The translations under genes and the position numbers were made by a program. The notes beneath the pieces are model-generated. The model did no database searches. It saw only the letters and a program-made list of their open reading frames with translations, and was not told where the DNA came from. Below are positions 59,077 to 64,000 of a DNA stretch of 64,000 bases, piece after piece. The number at the start of each line of letters is the position of its first letter. Position 1 is the stretch's first letter. Source of the stretch: a bacterium (GTDB taxonomy: Bacteria > Patescibacteriota > Minisyncoccia > Phycocordibacterales > UBA9973); contig JBAXXQ010000002.1 of assembly GCA_037127795.1 (NCBI GenBank), positions 11 through 64,010 on the forward strand, given 5' to 3'.

Positions 59077-60829
59077 TACACAAAAAAATATTGTTGGTGA
59101 GAAAAAAAGTTTTTTCCAAACTATGCGCGGGCTTCGTCCGCTTGTTGAAGGTCAAGAAAAACGTCTCGGCATTGCAATCGTTGCGATTGTGGTGAACTCA
59201 GCAATAAACCTTTCTGCGCCATTGCTTATTGGGTACACTATAGATACCTATATAACTCACAAAAATATGCATGGAGTATATATCTCTGCATTTGTTTTGC
59301 TCGGTATGTATATTGTCGCTTTGGGGACGAGCTATCTGCAGACGACACTCATGGGTCAGGTAGGGCAAAGATTGTTATTTAATTTGCGTAATAATATTTT
59401 TAATAAATTACAAGAACTTCCTATTGCATTTTTTAATCAAAATAAAGCAGGAGATCTCATTTCTCGTATAAACAATGATACTGATAAATTGAACGCATTT
59501 TTCTCGCAATCATTGGTGCAATTTATGGGAAGTCTTTTTGTTATGCTCGGTGCAGGTATTGCAGTACTTTGTATAAATTGGAAATTGGGATTGTTTGCAT
59601 TGTTGCCAGCGATAATAATGTTTGTCCTTACGAGAGGGCTCTCAGTTTGGGTAAAACAAAGAAATGCGAAAAGTCTTGCGAGTGTAGGTGATCTCAGTGC
59701 TGAGATACAAGAAAGTATTGAAAACTTTAAGGTGGTTATTACTGCACATAGACAAGATTATTTTGTAAAAAAATTTGATGCGGTAAATAAAGTAAACTAC
59801 GCGACGGCGATATCTGCAGGTATTGCAAACAATATTTTTATCCCGCTCTATGGACTCGCTGCAAACATTGCACAAATAATAGTACTCGCATATGGGATAT
59901 ATCTCATCTCGCTCGGGCATTTTACTGTCGGACTTTTGGTAAGCTTTTTCTCATATGTAACAAATTTTTATAACCCATTGCGACAACTCGCAGCACTCTG
60001 GGGGAACTTCCAAGTAGCACTTGCGGGCTGGGATCGCGTGTCTGCAATTCTTGCATTGGATACAGATCTTGTTGTTGCACCAGCTGATACACATATGCAC
60101 AAAGGCAATCTCGGGGTGCTTCATTTTGATCATGTACATTTTAGGTATGCAGATGGTGCGGTAGTGCTTCGTGATGCGACATTTACTTTAGAGCAAGGTA
60201 AAACATATGCATTGGTAGGGCCGACAGGAGGAGGAAAAACAACGACTGCTATGCTCATGGCGAGATTGTATGATCCGACAGATGGGGAAGTATTTTTGCG
60301 CGGAGTAAATATCAAAACCATATCTCCAGAAGAGCGTACAAAAAGTATTGGATTTATTTTGCAAGAACCGTTCCTATTTTATGGTACACTGGCAGAAAAT
60401 ATAGTATATGGAAATACAGAGTATAAAAATTATACTCATGAAATGTTATTGGAAAAATTGGACGATATGGGTCTTACCGATCTTATTGCACGTTTTGAAA
60501 AAGGTCTTGATACGCATATCAATAATATGAGCGAAAGTATCAGTCTCGGACAAAAACAAATTATTTCTTTTGTACGAGCAATTTTACGCAACCCTGATGT
60601 TTTGATTCTCGATGAAGCAACTGCAAATATAGATACCGTGACAGAAGAATTGTTGCAATCTATTTTACAAAAATTACCAGCAAAAACTACACGTATTGTG
60701 ATAGCACACAGACTACATACTATCGCAAATGCTGACGAAATATTTTTTGTTAATAATGGATCAATTGTTGCTGCTGGGTCTATGGAGCACGCGCTCGATA
60801 TGTTGCTCCATGGGAAGCGAACGAGTTAA
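59060..60829 (+). CDS. ABC exporter half-transporter (partner subunit)
   Basis: TMD + GPTGGGKT, ISLGQKQ, LDEATA, IAHRL. Confidence 0.92.
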   Translation: MNYKLNTQKNIVGEKKSFFQTMRGLRPLVEGQEKRLGIAIVAIVVNSAINLSAPLLIGYTIDTYITHKNMHGVYISAFVLLGMYIVALGTSYLQTTLMGQVGQRLLFNLRNNIFNKLQELPIAFFNQNKAGDLISRINNDTDKLNAFFSQSLVQFMGSLFVMLGAGIAVLCINWKLGLFALLPAIIMFVLTRGLSVWVKQRNAKSLASVGDLSAEIQESIENFKVVITAHRQDYFVKKFDAVNKVNYATAISAGIANNIFIPLYGLAANIAQIIVLAYGIYLISLGHFTVGLLVSFFSYVTNFYNPLRQLAALWGNFQVALAGWDRVSAILALDTDLVVAPADTHMHKGNLGVLHFDHVHFRYADGAVVLRDATFTLEQGKTYALVGPTGGGKTTTAMLMARLYDPTDGEVFLRGVNIKTISPEERTKSIGFILQEPFLFYGTLAENIVYGNTEYKNYTHEMLLEKLDDMGLTDLIARFEKGLDTHINNMSESISLGQKQIISFVRAILRNPDVLILDEATANIDTVTEELLQSILQKLPAKTTRIVIAHRLHTIANADEIFFVNNGSIVAAGSMEHALDMLLHGKRTS

Positions 60830-60831
60830 TT

Positions 60832-61386
60832 ATGATACACCTTTTACTTACCTATAAATATATAATCCTTATCCCACTAGCAATTATTGAGGGTCCTATT
60901 GTGACTATACTTGCTGGGTTTTTGGTGACTCTTGGTGTTATGAATCCGTTTATTATTTATCCGATAATGGTTGTAGGGGATGCTGTAGGGGACGGGCTTA
61001 TATATTATGTTGGCTATACAGGGAAAAAACTTCTTTCTTTTTTTAAGGTAGATGATGCGAAGCTGGTACGTGCAAAAAAATATTTTGCAGACAATCACCA
61101 CAAAGCAATCACTATGTCGAAACTTATTCATGGTATTGGGTTTGTGGGGCTTATTGCTGCAGGTGCGACACATGTGCCATATAAAAAATATTTTACTACG
61201 TGCATACTTATTTCTATGGTGCAGTCTTTTGTAATGCTTGCTATAGGAATATTATTTGGACACGCATATATAACAATAGAAAAATATTTGAATACCTATG
61301 CAGCAGTAGTAAGTAGTATTGGTATTATCGTAGTAGCTGTTGTAGTATTAAAAAAATATGTATTTAAACCCAAAATAATATTATGA
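60832..61386 (+). CDS. DedA family membrane protein
   Basis: IIEGP...AGFL...GDAVGD..IYYVG; AGAT. Confidence 0.82.
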   Translation: MIHLLLTYKYIILIPLAIIEGPIVTILAGFLVTLGVMNPFIIYPIMVVGDAVGDGLIYYVGYTGKKLLSFFKVDDAKLVRAKKYFADNHHKAITMSKLIHGIGFVGLIAAGATHVPYKKYFTTCILISMVQSFVMLAIGILFGHAYITIEKYLNTYAAVVSSIGIIVVAVVVLKKYVFKPKIIL

Positions 61387-62570
61387 AACAGGAAAAAAGA
61401 AAACTACATATTGCAATGATCTGTGACCCGATAGGGAGTAATAAATCTGGTGTTGTAATGTCTACGTTGCGATTTTCGAAACTACTTACCGATCGCGGAC
61501 ACCATGTGATCTTTATTGCAGCAAATTCAGATGAGCACAAAAAATACAGTATTCACAATGGTGTATATACCTATAGATTCCGTAGTCTGCCAGTACCAAA
61601 ATCTGGTGGATGGAATCTCGCATTTCCAACTGTCGCAGAATTGAAAAAAGTTTTTATCGATGAAAAAATCGATGTAGTACATATTATTTTGCCGATGTCG
61701 GGAGCTATAGTTGCTATCAAGGCAGCACGTGCATTGGGGATAAAAATTGTCGCGCACTCACATTCACAACCAGAAAATCTTTTTATGGATGCGCCAAAGT
61801 TTTTGCAACCAACACTCAACAAAACTTGGAACAAATATCTCGCCTGGCTATATAGCAAGTCTGAAGCGCTTATTTATCCAACAGAAATGGCAAAAAGTTT
61901 GTTGCACGGTTTAGGAAAAAAAGACCACACCGCAGTAGTGATTAGTAATGGTATTCATACGCAAGAATTTCAACCATTGCCTGTAGGAGACTTTTTTACT
62001 CGATACAATATCCCTGAAGAAAAAATAAAATTAGTTTTTGTTGGAAGATTATTTCCAGAAAAATCCGTTGATACTTTGATACGAGCAATCCCTCATATAT
62101 TGCAAAAGCATACCAATATGCACGTGCTTATTGTGGGAGGTGGACATTTGCGTGAAAAATTGGAAGCTATAGCGCGAGAGCTTGGTGTAATAGAATATAT
62201 AACATTTCTCGGGCTGGTGAGCGAAACAGACAAGATACATGCATACAATGCAAGTGATATTTTTGTCCTACCATCGCTTGCAGAGCTCGAAGGTATGGTG
62301 GTACTTGAGGCTATGGCATGTGGTAAGCCGATACTTATTGCAGATGCACCAATGAGTGCGTCGAGATATTTTGTAGATGGTAATGGATTTTTATTTGCGC
62401 ACAAAAATCCCGTGCATCTCGCCGAGCAAGCATTACAATTGATTCTTGATGAAAAATTGAGAAAGACTATGGGGGAGAGAAGTTTAGAAAATAGTAAGAA
62501 TTTTGATATTATGAAAAGTGTTGAACAGCTTGAAGATGTGTACTATCTTGCATTGAATCATCATGACTGA
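61383..62570 (+). CDS. GT4 family glycosyltransferase
   Basis: FVGRLFPEKSV; DIFVLPSLAELEGMVVLEAMACGKP. Confidence 0.92.
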   Translation: MKQEKRKLHIAMICDPIGSNKSGVVMSTLRFSKLLTDRGHHVIFIAANSDEHKKYSIHNGVYTYRFRSLPVPKSGGWNLAFPTVAELKKVFIDEKIDVVHIILPMSGAIVAIKAARALGIKIVAHSHSQPENLFMDAPKFLQPTLNKTWNKYLAWLYSKSEALIYPTEMAKSLLHGLGKKDHTAVVISNGIHTQEFQPLPVGDFFTRYNIPEEKIKLVFVGRLFPEKSVDTLIRAIPHILQKHTNMHVLIVGGGHLREKLEAIARELGVIEYITFLGLVSETDKIHAYNASDIFVLPSLAELEGMVVLEAMACGKPILIADAPMSASRYFVDGNGFLFAHKNPVHLAEQALQLILDEKLRKTMGERSLENSKNFDIMKSVEQLEDVYYLALNHHD

Positions 62571-63366
62571 ATATTTTTTGAATAATGAAATATCATATCG
62601 TACCAATAGTTTTGTAAAGGATAGAAAAACTATAGTGTTTGTGCACGGGCTTTCTGGGTCATGTTCTGCGTGGTATCCATACGAGCCTTTTTTTGAGCAA
62701 GAATATAATATTGTAATGTATGATATTCGAGGGCATGGGAATTCAAAAAAGTATCCTTTATATACTGATTATGAAATACATAGTTTTGCCCAAGATTTAC
62801 AAAAACTTTTAGACTACCTCGAAATACAACAGTGCATCATGGTGAGTAATTCTTTTGGTACTCTTATTGCACTCGAGTTTATAAAAGAAAATCAAGATAG
62901 AGTAATAGGTAATATCCTCACTTCACCAATCATATACCTCAATGAAGAACCTTCTGCAACATACATGCGAGGATTTCTTGACATACTCACATCAATACTC
63001 GGACTATTCCCGTTTCAAAGTAAACCTCGCGGACGAGTGGATTATGCGAAACACAAAAATTCTACTGATTGGGATATACGAAGAAATCTCGCAGATATGA
63101 GAAATACGACACTTCGCGCGCATATGCATACACTCCGCCAATCATTGGTTTTGGGACAGGAGTATTTTGTAGAAAAAATATCTATACCGACTATCATCAT
63201 GCATGGAGAAAAAGACTCTATGGTGCCGTACAAAAACGCAGTATTACTTGCACAAAAAATCCCCCATGCAGAATTTATTTCAATACCCAATATAGATCAC
63301 AATACCGCCCATAATGCAGTCGGTACAATAGTAGCGGCTATAAAGAAAATGTGTAGTACACTATAG
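62563..63366 (+). CDS. alpha/beta hydrolase
   Basis: FVHGLSG, DIRGHG, SNSFG nucleophile elbow, HGEKD, DH. Confidence 0.88.
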   Translation: MTEYFLNNEISYRTNSFVKDRKTIVFVHGLSGSCSAWYPYEPFFEQEYNIVMYDIRGHGNSKKYPLYTDYEIHSFAQDLQKLLDYLEIQQCIMVSNSFGTLIALEFIKENQDRVIGNILTSPIIYLNEEPSATYMRGFLDILTSILGLFPFQSKPRGRVDYAKHKNSTDWDIRRNLADMRNTTLRAHMHTLRQSLVLGQEYFVEKISIPTIIMHGEKDSMVPYKNAVLLAQKIPHAEFISIPNIDHNTAHNAVGTIVAAIKKMCSTL

Positions 63367-63368
63367 AT

Positions 63369-64000
63369 ATGAGACAGTGGTACAAACAATGCTTTACCGA
63401 TAGACGCTTTATTTATTCTCTTATAGAAGGATTTTTTTTACTCGGTATAAGTTTGATAATACAATTTTTTACTAGTGCGTATGTAAATAGTCTACCTTCT
63501 ACTCCAGTAGCTGATTTGATTTTAAGTAATACTCGTGTGCATGATGTCGATGGTATGTTTGTTTGGGGGACAGTATTTATATTTTTGTTTGTAGTATTTT
63601 TGGGTATAAAAGAAATACAGCGTGTACCATTTATTATAAAAAGTGTTGCATTGTTTACACTTATTAGATCAGTATTTGTCGTACTGACGCATATCAGTGC
63701 ATTCCCTACACATATTGCTATAAGTTCTGCGTTTTTTACCAGAGAAGCATTTAATGGTATCTTCACAGGAAATGATTTGTTTTTCTCGGGGCACACAGGA
63801 TTACCATTTTTGCTCGCATTGATGTTTTGGGATAGTGTATATCTCCGGTATATCTTCCTTTTTTTCTCAGGTATGTTTGCGACTGTGGTATTGCTCGGTC
63901 ATATTCACTATTCTATAGATGTGCTTTCAGCATTCTTTATTACGTATAGTATTTTCCAGCTCTGTAAATTCTTTTTCAAAAAAGATTGGGAATTATTTGG
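63369..64000 (+). CDS. PAP2/sphingomyelin-synthase-like membrane protein (3' truncated, absent from the ORF track)
   Basis: Own translation: MRQWYKQCFTDRR...DLILSN...NDLFFSGHTG...GHIHYSIDV; no stop seen before the window end. Confidence 0.8.
   Translation, partial: MRQWYKQCFTDRRFIYSLIEGFFLLGISLIIQFFTSAYVNSLPSTPVADLILSNTRVHDVDGMFVWGTVFIFLFVVFLGIKEIQRVPFIIKSVALFTLIRSVFVVLTHISAFPTHIAISSAFFTREAFNGIFTGNDLFFSGHTGLPFLLALMFWDSVYLRYIFLFFSGMFATVVLLGHIHYSIDVLSAFFITYSIFQLCKFFFKKDWELF

Noticed and set aside
57328-60829. Degenerate ABC motifs as inactivation
   Set aside because: One degenerate and one consensus site is standard for heterodimeric exporters
1-64000. UGA recoding (genetic code 25)
   Set aside because: Conserved genes are full length under code 11, and TGA ends ORFs at 17641 and 18076

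Overview
AT-rich bacterial chromosome segment, most likely from a Patescibacteria/CPR (Parcubacteria-like) organism using the standard genetic code. Evidence for the lineage: rpmD (L30) is absent between rpsE and rplO, the tmRNA tag is long, Shine-Dalgarno sites are largely absent, and there are giant signal-peptide proteins ending in S74 chaperone domains. Core blocks are rpsN-rpsH-rplF-rplR-rpsE-rplO-secY-adk-map, infC-rpmI-rplT, a truB-like gene, smpB/ssrA, ftsH, recG, malic enzyme and mscL, interleaved with accessory DNA. Highlights: (1) a four-gene surface operon joining a 3375-aa tail-fibre-like protein (four discoidin-like modules, autocleaving S74 chaperone) to a dockerin adaptor and two membrane-anchored cohesin-like proteins; (2) two tRNAs with rare anticodons, Ile(UAU) and Ser(ACU); (3) a near-identical 42-bp promoter, partly with its 5'UTR, reused in front of unrelated genes, two of which look Bacteroidota-like (a T9SS-CTD protein and a lipoprotein); (4) a MazG-like gene paired with a GIY-YIG/DUF2075 helicase fused to an intact LexA/UmuD-type protease; (5) an orphan MazF-like gene facing a convergent promoter and hairpin RNA; (6) a DedA-GT4-hydrolase-PAP2/sphingomyelin-synthase-like lipid cluster. 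All family calls come from motif recognition by eye, not from database searches.
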